This document shows, one piece after another, positions 36,638 through 47,685 of a stretch of 64,000 nt of DNA (the first letter of the stretch is position 1; each line of letters begins with the position of its first letter). The stretch covers positions 35,216,001-35,280,000 of the forward strand of contig CM059449.1 in the NCBI GenBank assembly GCA_030390025.1, in the 5' to 3' direction. Origin of the DNA: Squalus acanthias (lineage: Eukaryota). Made by a program: the position numbers and the translations under genes. The notes below the pieces were generated by a model. The model was not told the origin of the DNA and made no database searches. It saw only the letters and a program-made list of their open reading frames with translations.

Positions 36638-37039
36638 CTGGGGGAAATAAAAATGACATCATGTTAAATATTTTAGACAGAGGAAAGTGGAGAGACACAG
36701 GTTAATATCTGATGCCTGTTTTATTGGGCTCTGAACATGCCATCTTGTGGCACTTTAGTAGGACTTCCAATGTTATTCTAAACAGTGGCCTGGCACGGCT
36801 TTATGCTAGAAATCCTCATGGTGCTGGTGATCTTATTCCCCGCAAATCACTCAAAATTCCTTCTGATAAATGATCAGCTGCAGTTTTCCCCTCATTAACT
36901 GAAATTTCTTATTTCCCAAATTAGGATATAACAAGCTGAAAATAAAATATAATTCACAAAAAACATAAATATATGTATCCCATGTGTCGTTAAATGCCTT
37001 CATTAAAATTTGTATTTGAAGTCCTCAGCCTCTCCCAAA

Positions 37040-38090
37040 AGCCTGGGCTTGGAGTTGATATTTTTGCCAGGCGCTTTGATTCTGTTCGCTGAATGCAAAT
37101 TATGTGGTCTGCGCAAGCGCAGTGAACCCAATTTCACAACGTGCATCAATACCTTTCAGTCAGTTAAATGGATCGAATATTTTTCTGCAGCTCGAGCAGT
37201 TTCTGCTCAGCTTTGTTTTTTCCTTCAAAATGATATGATGAATATCGAGAGGACAAATTTAAAACGCTTGAAGCTGAATGTTATTTGAGTAAATTGTAAA
37301 CAGCGAGTGTTCGTGTTAAAGAAAGACAGAAGTGAGCGACAGAAAGAATCCCTGAGATTCCCGAGCATGGGACGGAAATTGCTGGCATCCATAGGGTGAG
37401 CGGACGCTGGGAAGATCGGGAATGGTGTGAGCAGCCGCCAGGAATATGATTCCCATATATTTGTTCATGTGAAAATCCTGAAGTTGTGGTTTGTTTTTCA
37501 CTCCTCCGCCACATGCTGGGCTGTGCCCACCACCACCTCCCATCTCAGTCCCCCAACACACAGAGCTGGCAATCAGTGTAATCTCTCAAATCTAGCAGAG
37601 AGACAAAACCTTCGGCTCTTCCGCAGTAATTACGCTGTTAAGATTCCCACAAAAAAGCAAACTCAAAGGGATAAGTGTAACTGGGCCTTTAACAGTGTGT
37701 TGACTGCTAAACAAAAGTTATGGGCCGGGAAAAAATCAATTTTTATTTTGTGCAGTGTCATTTTATCGATTTTAATAAAAAAAATACTTTTTAAGAAACT
37801 TGTTAAAAAATATATTTTATTTAAGGTTTTTTCATCTTTATATCAATTTAGCCTTTTCCCCATATGAGAGCCCCAATATTTGTTTCTCTCTCTCTATCAT
37901 TTTTAACAAGTTTGAATTTTAAGAGCTACCCACCTCCTTGCTCGCTGTCTTTGAGAATTATGCATTTTGATTGGATGCTTAGACAGCTTATTGAAGTCAT
38001 ACCAGCTCGCACTAGGGGAATCCACCACTATACTCCGTTGATTTGAATTATGCATTGGAAAACCCCAAATTCTCAACATAGAGATCGCGA
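37040..38090. mobile_element. Older MITE-like element with AT-rich centre
   Basis: Imperfect palindromes, an AT-rich core (37720-37860) and GATTGG, as in M1-M7. TIRs not resolved. Confidence 0.35.
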
Positions 38091-38092
38091 AA

Positions 38093-39635
38093 CCCCGCAT
38101 GGGTCCTAGCTATAATAAAAACAGAAAATGCTGGAAATACTCAGCAGGTCAGGCAACATCTGTGGAGAGAGAAACAGAGTTAACGTTTCAGGTCGATGAC
38201 CCTTCGTCAGAACTGGAAAAATCGTAGATGTAACAGATTTTTAAGCAATTGTAGCGGCAGAGAAAGGGGGGAGGGGAGGAAAGTACATAACGGACGGTCT
38301 GTGAGAGGATGGAAGGCAGGAGGGAGTAAAATACAAATGGGTCCTAGCTATGCCTGCATTTGCGTGTGATTTGTGTAACATTCATTGTTCCAGTCCTACT
38401 CAGGTCCCCTCCCTTACCTATTTTCCGGTACATTGATGACTGTATCAGTGCAATTTCCTGCTCACGCCCTGAACTGGAAAATTTCATTCACTTTGCTTCC
38501 AATTTCCACAGTTCCCTCACCTTCTCATGGTACGTCTCTAACTCGTCCCTTCACTTCCTCGACTTCTCTGTCTCTATTTCAGTCAATGGGCAATGAACTG
38601 GCATCCACTATGAGTCCATTGACTCCCACAGCTACCTGGACCTCACTTCCTCCTGCCCCGCTTCATGTATGGACTTTCTCCTATCCCTGTGTTTCCGTCT
38701 TTTTCGCCTCTGTTCTGACGATGTTACCTTCCATATTAGTGCTTCCGATATATCTTCCTTTTTCTTCAACCGATGATTCCCCTCTACGATGTTTGACATG
38801 GCCCTTAACCGAGACCATTCCATTTCCCGCACTTCTGCATCTCACCCCTTCCCCTGCCTCCCAGAACCACGACAGTGATCCCCTTGTCCTCACCTTTCAC
38901 CCCACCAGCCTTCACTTTCAATGGATCTTCCTCTGCCATTTCCGCCACGTCCAGTGTGATCCCACCACCAATCACATCTTCCCCTCCTTCGCCTTTCAGC
39001 ATTCCGAAGGGACTACTTCCTCTGCGACGCCCTGATCCACTCCTCAATCACTCCTAACATCCCTGCCCTTCCCACTCCACCTTCCCGTGCAAGTGCAGGA
39101 GATGCAACACATGTCTTTTTACCTGCCCCCTTCCCATCGTCCAGGGCACAAACTCTTCTTCCAAGTGAAACAGCGAATTAGTTTTATTCTTGCAGTTTAT
39201 GATACTGTATTCGGTGCTCACGAAGCGGTTTCCTCTACATTAGGGAGACCAAATATAGATAGGGTGATCGCTTTCTGGAACACCTCCGTTCAGTTCTCAA
39301 GCGTGCCCCGAGCTTCTGGTCGCCTGTCACTTTAATACTCCGCTCCACTCCCACTCTGAGCTCTCTGTTCTCGACCTCTTACACTGTTCCAACGAAGCTC
39401 AACGTAAGCTCGAGGAACAGCACCTCATCTTTCCTTTAGGCATTTTACAGCCCTCTGGACTCAACATCTAGTTCAACAATTTCAGATCATAACCTCTGCC
39501 CCTATTTTTCCAGTTGGCCGCTATTGATGATTTTGCTCTTCAAATTTACACCTCTTCTAGACCCATCTTTGTTTTCTTTACTTTTCCTATTACCATCTAC
39601 TTTTGCTTTGTACAATCATACCTTTTGTCATTTAA
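38093..39635 (+). mobile_element. Penelope family A element, 5'-truncated (RT motifs to GIY-YIG), with an antisense pLTR piece at its 5' end
   Basis: RMGPSYAC (motif B), FRYIDDCI (motif C), RKLEEQHLIF. Antisense pLTR 38114-38336 is flanked by a 15-bp direct repeat ATGGGTCCTAGCTAT. Confidence 0.9.
38178..38214 (-). ncRNA. Minimal type I hammerhead ribozyme with intact core (family A)
   Basis: Minus strand AGUU CUGACGA A GGGUC AUC GACCU GAAA CG U U AACU: stem I, CUGANGA core, stem II, GAAA, palindromic ACGU stem III. Confidence 0.8.
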
Positions 39636-39910
39636 TCACTCCCACAAGTGGAAAAAATCTCTCCACATTTTCCCTGACCAACCCATTCCTAATTTTAAAT
39701 ACATATGTCAGGTAATGTATAAGTCTTCTCTTTTCGAATTAAAATTTCCCAAACTGTTCATTCTTACACTAGCTGTAATCTCTCCATGCTGGTACCAGCC
39801 TTGTAAATCATTATTGCATTTTCTCCAGTGCTACTATGCCCTTTTTATAGTATGATGAGGAGATGCCGGTGTTGGACTGGGGTGGACAAATGTGAGAAGT
39901 CGCACAACAC

Positions 39911-40140
39911 CTGGCCAAGAAAGCCATTAATTGGTCCAGGCAGCGGGCGGTCGAGGGGGTCGTTCGGCCCGATTGCCTGCCTCTCTTCCGCGGCCATGTT
40001 CGCGCCCGGGTGGCCCTGGAGATGGAGCACGCGGTGTCCGCCGGCACGCTTGAGTTTTTCCGCGACCGGTGGGCGCCGCGGGGACTGGAGTGCATCGTCA
40101 CCCCGGACTTTCAAATTTTAATTTGATTTATTAAGTTTCA
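39911..40140 (+). mobile_element. Tx1/L1-clade LINE 3' end
   Basis: Uninterrupted LAKKAINWSRQRAVEGVVRPDCLPLFRGHVRARVALEMEHAVSAGTLEFFRDRWAPRGLECIV; CpG-rich with a T-rich tail. Clade assignment is from memory. Confidence 0.6.
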
Positions 40141-40207
40141 TTTCAAGTTTTAATTGATTTACAGTAAATTTTGATTTGTCCAACCTGATTTGTCCAACCA
40201 AAAAGAT

Positions 40208-40342
40208 CAACACCAGGTTATAGTCCAACAGCTTTATTTGAAATCGCAAGCTTCACCTGACGAAGAAGCAGCGCTCCGAAAGCTTGTAATTTCACATAAA
40301 GCTGTTGGACTATAACCTGGTGTTGTGCGACTTCTCACTTTT
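40208..40342. mobile_element. Fold-back Penelope family B pLTR fragment with a central hammerhead
   Basis: Arms 40208-40253 and 40280-40325 are inverted copies. Hammerhead CAC CTGACGA AGAAGC AGC GCTCC GAAA GC T T GTA at 40254-40288. Confidence 0.8.
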
Positions 40343-40700
40343 TATAGTCTGGAGCCCAAAACTCTGCAGAATACCACATGTGCGGCCTGACCATGATCCG
40401 ATACAAATTTAACAAAACTTCATTACTTTTGAATTCTATACTCCTGTAAATACATCCCAGTGCTTTGTTAGCATTTTAATTGCTTTGGTGACCTGCGATG
40501 CTGCTTTAAATGATGTGTTCACCTCTATCCCTGGATCCCTTTACTCTTCGTCCCCATTCAGTTTCTTATTTTCTTCGGGTCAGGGATTGTTTATACTTTT
40601 CCTACCAAAGTGCATCACCTCACAATAATTAATGTTAAAGTTAATCTGTCAGTAACTGCCCAGTCTGCAAGTTAGTTTAATATTTGTTGATTTGTATATT
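40343..40700 (-). mobile_element. Old CR1-like RT fragment (also 39645-39850)
   Basis: Decayed match to the WQINFNI..CEVMHFGRK...RDLG and downstream CR1 motifs. Confidence 0.55.
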
Positions 40701-42689
40701 TCCTCGTGTATATTGAATCCCTTTTCACAAATTACGTTGAAATAAAATCAATTTAAAAACATATTTGAAGTTAATTTACCTGAACGATAATTTCGACTTA
40801 TTTCGTTATGTATTAATTATAATGTGGCTCAGTGCAAATTCCCTGTATAAAGCACTTACTGGCTGTGTTGTTACTATTTCTTCAGTTTACTATGTTTACC
40901 TGACGATTATCTGTGCAGTTGTATTTTTAAAACAAACATTCGTTAATTTACGCTGAGTTTTTGCCTCTTCTACATCTCAATATTAACAAGCCAACAGTAT
41001 AAAACATTGTTAACGTTTTTATTGAATCTTTGAAATTAAATGATACGTTAAGCGGTTCTGAATTTATTCAACGATTGTCTGTTAAAGCAATCAGTTGTTG
41101 TTAAAGTCTGAAACACTTCATTAATTTTCAAGAACCAATGATAAATCGCTGACTTCAGTATCTACAGAGAGATTTCTGACAAGGATAATTTCACATTCTT
41201 GGCCATCCATCAAAATGTTGTCAGATCCTGGGATCCTCCCACTCCCACCAATGGTGTCACATACTTCCTACTGCTCCCCCGATAGAAAACAGATTCCACT
41301 AACCGTGTCTACAAGACTCCGGTTTTATCTCTACGGTACTGCCAAAGGAATGGATTCTGCAGGGACCAATTCCCCGAATACCCCATTCCCAGCTCAGCTT
41401 AAACACAAGCGCCCCACTTCTCCCCACCCAGTGTCAATTAACCTCAGAACCACCCCTGCAGCTTTGCAGAACGCGTGGCCATCCAGCCATCTCATCAGGG
41501 AAGGCGACCAGCAGATGTTTCCCACTGGCACTGAGGGGAAAATAGAACTGAAGCCATCCAACTTCTTGCAGCGTAACTGGCTACAGAGCAGCATTAACAG
41601 AGGTATGGGAAACGGCCGCTTTAATGACTGCACTGAGGGAGCTAAAGGAGAGCTACCTGCAAGGAGAAGAACCATTAAAAGAGATTGAACAAGTCACTTC
41701 ATTCTCTGTACTGTGCTCTGCACCATCATCGCGGGAAGGTCTAACATTTGGATTTCACTCCCTAGATTACAAAGTTGCTTAACTAGAACCTGAGAAGTTC
41801 AAACACCAGACTTGCATTGGATCAAAGAACACGCTGAAATAATCATCGGGAATCAATTGCTTTATTGCTGAAACAACTCTATCTGCAAAAACATTTCACT
41901 CAGGCCTTATGTCGCAGACATTTTATGAAAATATTACACATTTGCTTAACATTGAAGAAACATTGTCAAATCTCATCTATAATTGCGCAAACTGATTTTA
42001 CATATTGACCACGCGGAATAAAGGCACGCCAGGGATTTTAAAGTAAGTTTTGTTAATGTTGATACATTCCTAATTAACACAAACTTGATTTCTTTTTCAA
42101 TTCATCTCTTGAAGGCTTGATTCCGACTTTGGCCTCAGGTAAACAGTTTCCTATTGTGAGCAGGAACAGGGACCATGTAGCTTTGTCCTTCCATAGGACC
42201 ACTGACTTTGGGCCCGGTCTCCCTACTGCTGACTCTAACCTATTCCCTGCTACCAGAAAATATGTATCCGTATAATTACTATATTTAAACAGGACTATGC
42301 AACCTGAGCTTTTCCCGTGTACATTTGCGTTCACACTTTGGCTGCCATTCCGGACCCGAGCCATTCAATACTTTTCCACTTCTCCCCCACCCACATCTTT
42401 TCCTTTTCTCTCTATCCCTCCCTAACCGCTCTCTCCTGTCGTCATGCCTCCTTTCATCTCTCCTCTCTCGGACATTCTGCCCTCTCAAATCACTACCCCA
42501 ATTCTTCAATACCCTACTACCCTACTACTCTCCTGCCGCCGTTTGAGGCTTTCCTCCCTCTTAGATAAGCCTGCAGCTTCATTCTGTGCCTCTGTTGGCA
42601 TCCTACGAAGGGCCCATAGAGGCACTCGTCGCTACCCCCTTACGAGCAGCAACCCCAACTGTCCCATCCTACTCTCCCACCGACCTTCC

Positions 42690-43060
42690 CGTCCAACCCG
42701 CCAATGGGGGCTAATCTTAACAATCTCCTCCGCGTCCAACTCATCCCTCCCAGTGCTGACACTGTGGACGCCGGCAGTGGGGCAGCCATCACGAACCCTC
42801 TCCGCATCTCCCTCCAGAATGTCCGGTCACTTGTGAACAAGGCCCTTGCCATTCATCAACTTATCGTGGATCATTGCATCGACATATTGGCTCTGACGGA
42901 CCCTGGTTGAGGGGTATTGACACCTTAACCTTAAATGAAGCCTCCCCACCTGGCTATATCTTCCACCACTTGCCCCGCTGAGACCGCTGTTTTTGCGGTG
43001 TGGCTCTCATCACCAAATCGTATTTTGGTCTGTCCCTCTACTCCTCCGACACTTTTTTCT
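42690..43060 (+). mobile_element. L2/CR1-group LINE APE endonuclease fragment
   Basis: LRISLQNVRSLVNKALAIHQLIVDHCIDILALT...NEASPPGYIFHHLPR. Confidence 0.75.
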
Positions 43061-44118
43061 CCTTTGAGCATCTCATCTTATTTCAGTTCTCTCACCTCTC
43101 AATTAAAATCTCGTTCTCTGGCACCTGTCACACTGTCACATCTCAGCACATTTATTGCAAAACTGCTGCTATTTAATCCTGGATTCATAATCTGATTTTT
43201 CTAAATCTAATAATCGTGTCCCATCATTACTAAATGTTAGAACTTTGCCTCTATTGGGCAACATTTAAGCTCACCCACTGCCCTGCAGTTGAGCCGCATA
43301 ACTCCCACACCAGCTCTCTGATATTGTAGAACACCAACATTTTACCAAAATCTAACCCACCCACCTAATCCTGCCGAAGCTCACAACTAACCCCCAATCC
43401 CAGCATTATCGTTAAGTGGCGGAGACAGTGCTTCATCGTGTTATCTCTTCTCAAACACTTTATTGTGAGCTAGAGCTTGTAAACAGGTAAGACATGAATT
43501 CAGATCGTAGCTGACGATTTTGTAAATCCGAAATAAGACCACGGAATCCGCGTTCAAACAGGAATGGACAAAATCAGTGAATTATTTGGCTGAATAAATG
43601 TTAAAAAGAAGGATATCATGTAATAAAATGCACTTACTCAGTCACCTTAAAGCAGTAGCAGTGAGAGTATGGAATGATTCTTATCGAGCTGATCCCCTCT
43701 GTAATTCTAAATTACCACGGCCGTGGTTTGCAGTTTCTGCACTCTCGAACTAGCAAGCCCTGTCCCCCGTTTTTCATTTTAATTGGAAATAAAATCAGGC
43801 TGGCGAGCACAGAAACAGGAAACGCCGTTCCATATCATTTCACTGAGGGTGATTATTCGACGGGACATGCTTCTGTGCACATTTCTATTGAACAATTTGG
43901 GTCCATTTGCAGGGCTGTAATTGAATTAATTTTAGTTTGGGATGACAGTGTCGAATGGATTCTGTCACATTAGCTGCCCATTATACTCATCTTCCTGTTT
44001 CCTTTGTATTTCAGACAATGCCTCCCGGTGTGCGGGCAATTCGATATCGTCCCTTTTGTATTCATTCCCACAGTTTAAATGATTCCTGTAGTGTTTGAAT
44101 TCGGTGAAGCCATTTAAC

Positions 44119-45014
44119 TTACTTAAAAAATTGCATTATTAATCCCAGAGGACACTTAATTATATTTATCAGCTCATCTCTGAATTTACTCTGGGACACT
44201 GCATAAATAAACGTGTTGGTGCAACAACTCAAAGTGCGAAGCATATACCCGGATTGTTCCATAATAGTGAAAGGGTTATTGTAATTTGCTTCAAAAAATT
44301 GAGTATCTGCAAATTGTACCACTATATAATATATGAATCTGATCATCCATAAAAGTATAAAATTGCCGGATATGGCGAGCAGTAAAATTATGGATTTCTT
44401 TCGGTTCTCCGTCTCTGGATCATTTTGTTTCTCAGCATTGTTGTTTCCCCGAAGTCGCCTTCTCGCTCTATTGGCCAGTACAATGTGCTTGGTGGTCAGA
44501 GCATTGAGCAGTAAAATGAACACAAATGGAACAAATGGGGTTAAAACTGTTTCCAGCCACAGAAATGTTACCCATATGGGTGAGGTATAGAAGCTTGATT
44601 TTACAATGCAGGACCATGGCACATTGTCAATTATTTCCCGAGGTGCAAATGCAAAATAGATTGGAACATTTTCTGAAACGCTCAGCCCACACACCACTGC
44701 TATCACCACAACTGCAGTTTCTTTGGTGCAATATTTTGATCGCAACCTTCGGCAACAAATGGCCACAAATCGATCAAAGGTGAAAGCGACAGTTAGCCAG
44801 ACAGAACAATCAACGGAAGCAAAACACAAGGACAGATTGAGACGGCAAATGGGAGTGTAGTTCAGAAATGAATATGGAAAATAAGCATCATTAATCTCAT
44901 ACAGTATTACAGCAAATATCAGGACCAGTAGATCAGCCGCCACCAGATAATTGCTGATGCATTTGGAGAGACCGCACCTTCCCCGGGAGAGAACCACAAT
45001 TGCCGCTAAATTCG
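44119..45014 (-). CDS. GPR139/GPR142-like class A GPCR, gene B, exon 2
   Basis: CTCTCTGCAG acceptor; open frame NLAAIVVLSRGRCGLSKC...FTFDRFVAIC...CTNTFIY. With exon 1 it gives 321 aa; clear paralogue of gene A. Confidence 0.9.
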
Positions 45015-45130
45015 CTGCAGAGAGGAGGAAGATGAATTTACTGACTCTCCTTATATTAAAAGGATGATCACTCGCCAATTTATTGCTATAAAAATTCAGG
45101 AATTTCTAACCTTGGCCTCAAAAGTCTCTC

Positions 45131-45314
45131 CGGGGTTATTTTAACCGAACACGCAGGGTGAAAAACCCACGGGATGGAGGGCATCGCTCGATTTACTCCC
45201 CGCCCAATATTACTCTCCATTATCTTCAGTAGAGAGTAGAATTGCACAGTGTTGAACCAGCGCTGCTCCCGATCCTATCAGTTTCCGAGGGGTGTGTTAG
45301 GTAATCATTTCCCC
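45131..45314. mobile_element. Small (~180 bp) MITE with a central palindrome
   Basis: Ends GGGGTTATTTTAACC / GGTAATCATTTCCCC; centre CTCTCCATT...AGTAGAGAG. Half of a homologous copy sits at 1122-1208. Similar decayed elements occur near 14080-14330, 16370-16660, 43690-43930 and 56560-57050. Confidence 0.6.
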
Positions 45315-45924
45315 ACAGCGGGAGATTTATTGGTTGGGGCGCTGAAAGGAAATTCTGGCTAAGGCCCACTTGTTAACACAACCCGCCGCAATTTCCTTCG
45401 CTTGATATTAATTTGAAGGAAAATTCATCGGATTATTCAAAGGTGCTGGTTCCAGCCCCCAGTTTGTCGTATCCGTCCAACCCGGCCGGAAAGTATAACA
45501 TCTCTCCCATAGCTGCCGGTGCGATCATTACAAACTCTGCCGCAACTTGACTTTGGCATTCTGGCAGCTTGTTGGCCTTTCCTGTGATGGCTCACAACAT
45601 TAACTGGCCTCAATTTAATGCAGCATCCAATATCGATCAGTTTCCACACTCGCAGCCTTCAGGGTTACCCTGTGAGTGTAAACTTTCCAAATATTTGGCC
45701 GCTTTTCGAGATCTCGCCTTTCACCAAAATGCAGTGGCAAATGCGCCCAATGTTTACGGATTTCTGGAAACAGTGACAAACAATCTCTGCTGAGGGCACA
45801 TTCCAAAAACATCAGTGGCAAACTGGCATTGATGGATATTTTGAACTTTTCTACAATATTAGCCATCCAGAACACAGGTGCGATGCTAATATTTTACCGG
45901 ATTGAAAATTAGATATAAGAATAG

Positions 45925-46105
45925 ATAATGCTATAAAGGTTCAGCAGGTAAGACAGCATATGCGGCGAGAGAAACATAGTTAATGTTTTAGGTCGATGAT
46001 CTTTCATCAGACCTGGTCATCGAACTGAAGCTTTAACTGTGTTTCTCTCTCCACTTGTGTTACCTGGCCTGCTGAGGTTTCCATAATCCACTGTATTTCG
46101 CTTCT
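45925..46105. mobile_element. Decayed fold-back Penelope family A pLTR fragment in the gene B intron
   Basis: Antisense pLTR end followed by sense pLTR end, switching inside the hammerhead motif near 46010. Confidence 0.7.
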
Positions 46106-46379
46106 GAAAATTACAAGAATCTCTACAAAGGAGACGCAATCCCACCTAAATTGTTTCATTTAATATTTCTGGAGAAATTGTGCTGCCCGTCAGGTTATTA
46201 CATTTAGAATATGTCGGAAACTTGGGATTTTCTAATTATTAGTTGTTTGATGGTGGTAATCAGTGTCTGTACATCAATCACATCTAAACAAACAAATATT
46301 ATCAATACAGCGACAGCAGGAACAGTGACACAGTGAGACACTGTTAAAGATGAATAATAACAGATTAGTAGTGGCTTAC

Positions 46380-46449
46380 CAGGAACACCAACTATTGCAA
46401 GAATAGGGTAGTAAATGTTTTCTATCTGTATGATCACCGGCTGTCCCAT
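46380..46449 (-). CDS. GPCR gene B, exon 1
   Basis: 70 nt, MGQPVIIQIENIYYPILAIVGVP plus G, followed by GTAAG. Confidence 0.9.
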
Positions 46450-46514
46450 TTTCAGAGAAAAGCGATGTTGTCTGTTGGTGTTTTGGAGACACAGATCTTG
46501 TGCTTTCAAAATAA

Positions 46515-46660
46515 GGTCTTATTTATACCTGAGGTAATCCTCGAGTGACACACGAGAATTGCACAATGATTGGCATTAGTTACAGTCATTTAACAAACAG
46601 ATTAAGCCGAGCGGTATTTACGGCTGCTGGTCAGAGAATGGGATATTTTGCAATAACATT
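46515..46660 (-). promoter_or_regulatory. Core promoter of GPCR gene B
   Basis: TATAAATA at 46520-46527 and CCAAT at 46569-46573. A 39-nt block (46565-46603) is identical to 18170-18208. Confidence 0.65.
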
Positions 46661-47185
46661 TCACTTTGGAATTTCTTTTAAACATGAAACATTTTGAAAT
46701 CTGCACTCCCAAGTTAATGATACCGACTCCTGAAGCTGAGGATAATCGTTTATAGGAGCAGGGAAGACATTTGATGAAATAATTGCGCACATTTGTGGTA
46801 GATTAGCACCATCTAATTTGTAGATAGATCATATTTTCTTTTTACTTATACTCTACATAATATTGATATAAGGAGGTTCCACGGTGCACTTGAGATCGAA
46901 GAGCGTTCAGATACACACAGGAAGTGATATAGATAGTTGTATACAGCTGAGCAAACCCTGCGGATAAGCTGAGATGTTGGATTTCAGCATCAATAGGCGT
47001 TGGAAGGAGGTGAAAGAGACAGGGTCTGTTCTGATATGGACCGGGTGTGAGAAAGATGAATATGGATAAGGATCTCAATAGCCGTTTGGAAGGAATGCGG
47101 ACGTTTATGGCCGTCAAATTAAAGGAATTGGATGATGAAAAAGAGACTTTATGTCGCTGTCGAACCGGAATTTGGAGCGGGACAA

Positions 47186-47685
47186 GATTTACATATATTA
47201 ATCTTAGACTTGAAATTTCAGTTTGACCTGAACTCAACAGCTTTTTGGAGGAGTGAGTTCCCGATTTGTTCCACCGTTCGTCTGAAGAAGTGTTTCCGGA
47301 AATCACCCCTGAACGGTGGAGCTCTAACATTAAGGTTATGCGCCACCAGAGGAAATAGTTTGTCTCTGTCTACCCTTCCAACACCTTCATTTATCTTAAG
47401 CTCCTCAGATAGATCACCTTTAATCCTCTAGTCTCAAGTAGATACAAACCTCGTGTTTTCATCGTTTCATCATAATTTAAAAGTTTTAGCCCCGGCATTA
47501 TGCTGGTGAATCTGTGCTGCAGGCACTCCAAGCCAATATATGCTTCCTCAGCTGGGATGCCCAGAACTGAACGCAATGCTCTAAATGGGGGCTAGCCAGA
47601 TTTTTATATTACTGTGACGTCACTTGCGCCCTTTTGTATTCTAGCCCCGTTAAGATAAAGGCCAACATTCCATTAGACTTTTAAA
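47186..47685 (-). mobile_element. CR1 LINE 3' fragment
   Basis: LECLQHRFTSIMPGLKLLNYDE...GLYLLE and a CR1-type 3' region. Confidence 0.7.

Noticed and set aside
41215-41688. 157-aa ORF
   Set aside because: No recognisable domain or splice context; probably chance or decayed repeat.
45015-45078. N-terminal extension MASDHPFNIRR... of the 319-aa ORF
   Set aside because: Intron read-through from a non-ATG start. A canonical acceptor at 45015-45016 and a separate exon 1 explain the gene.
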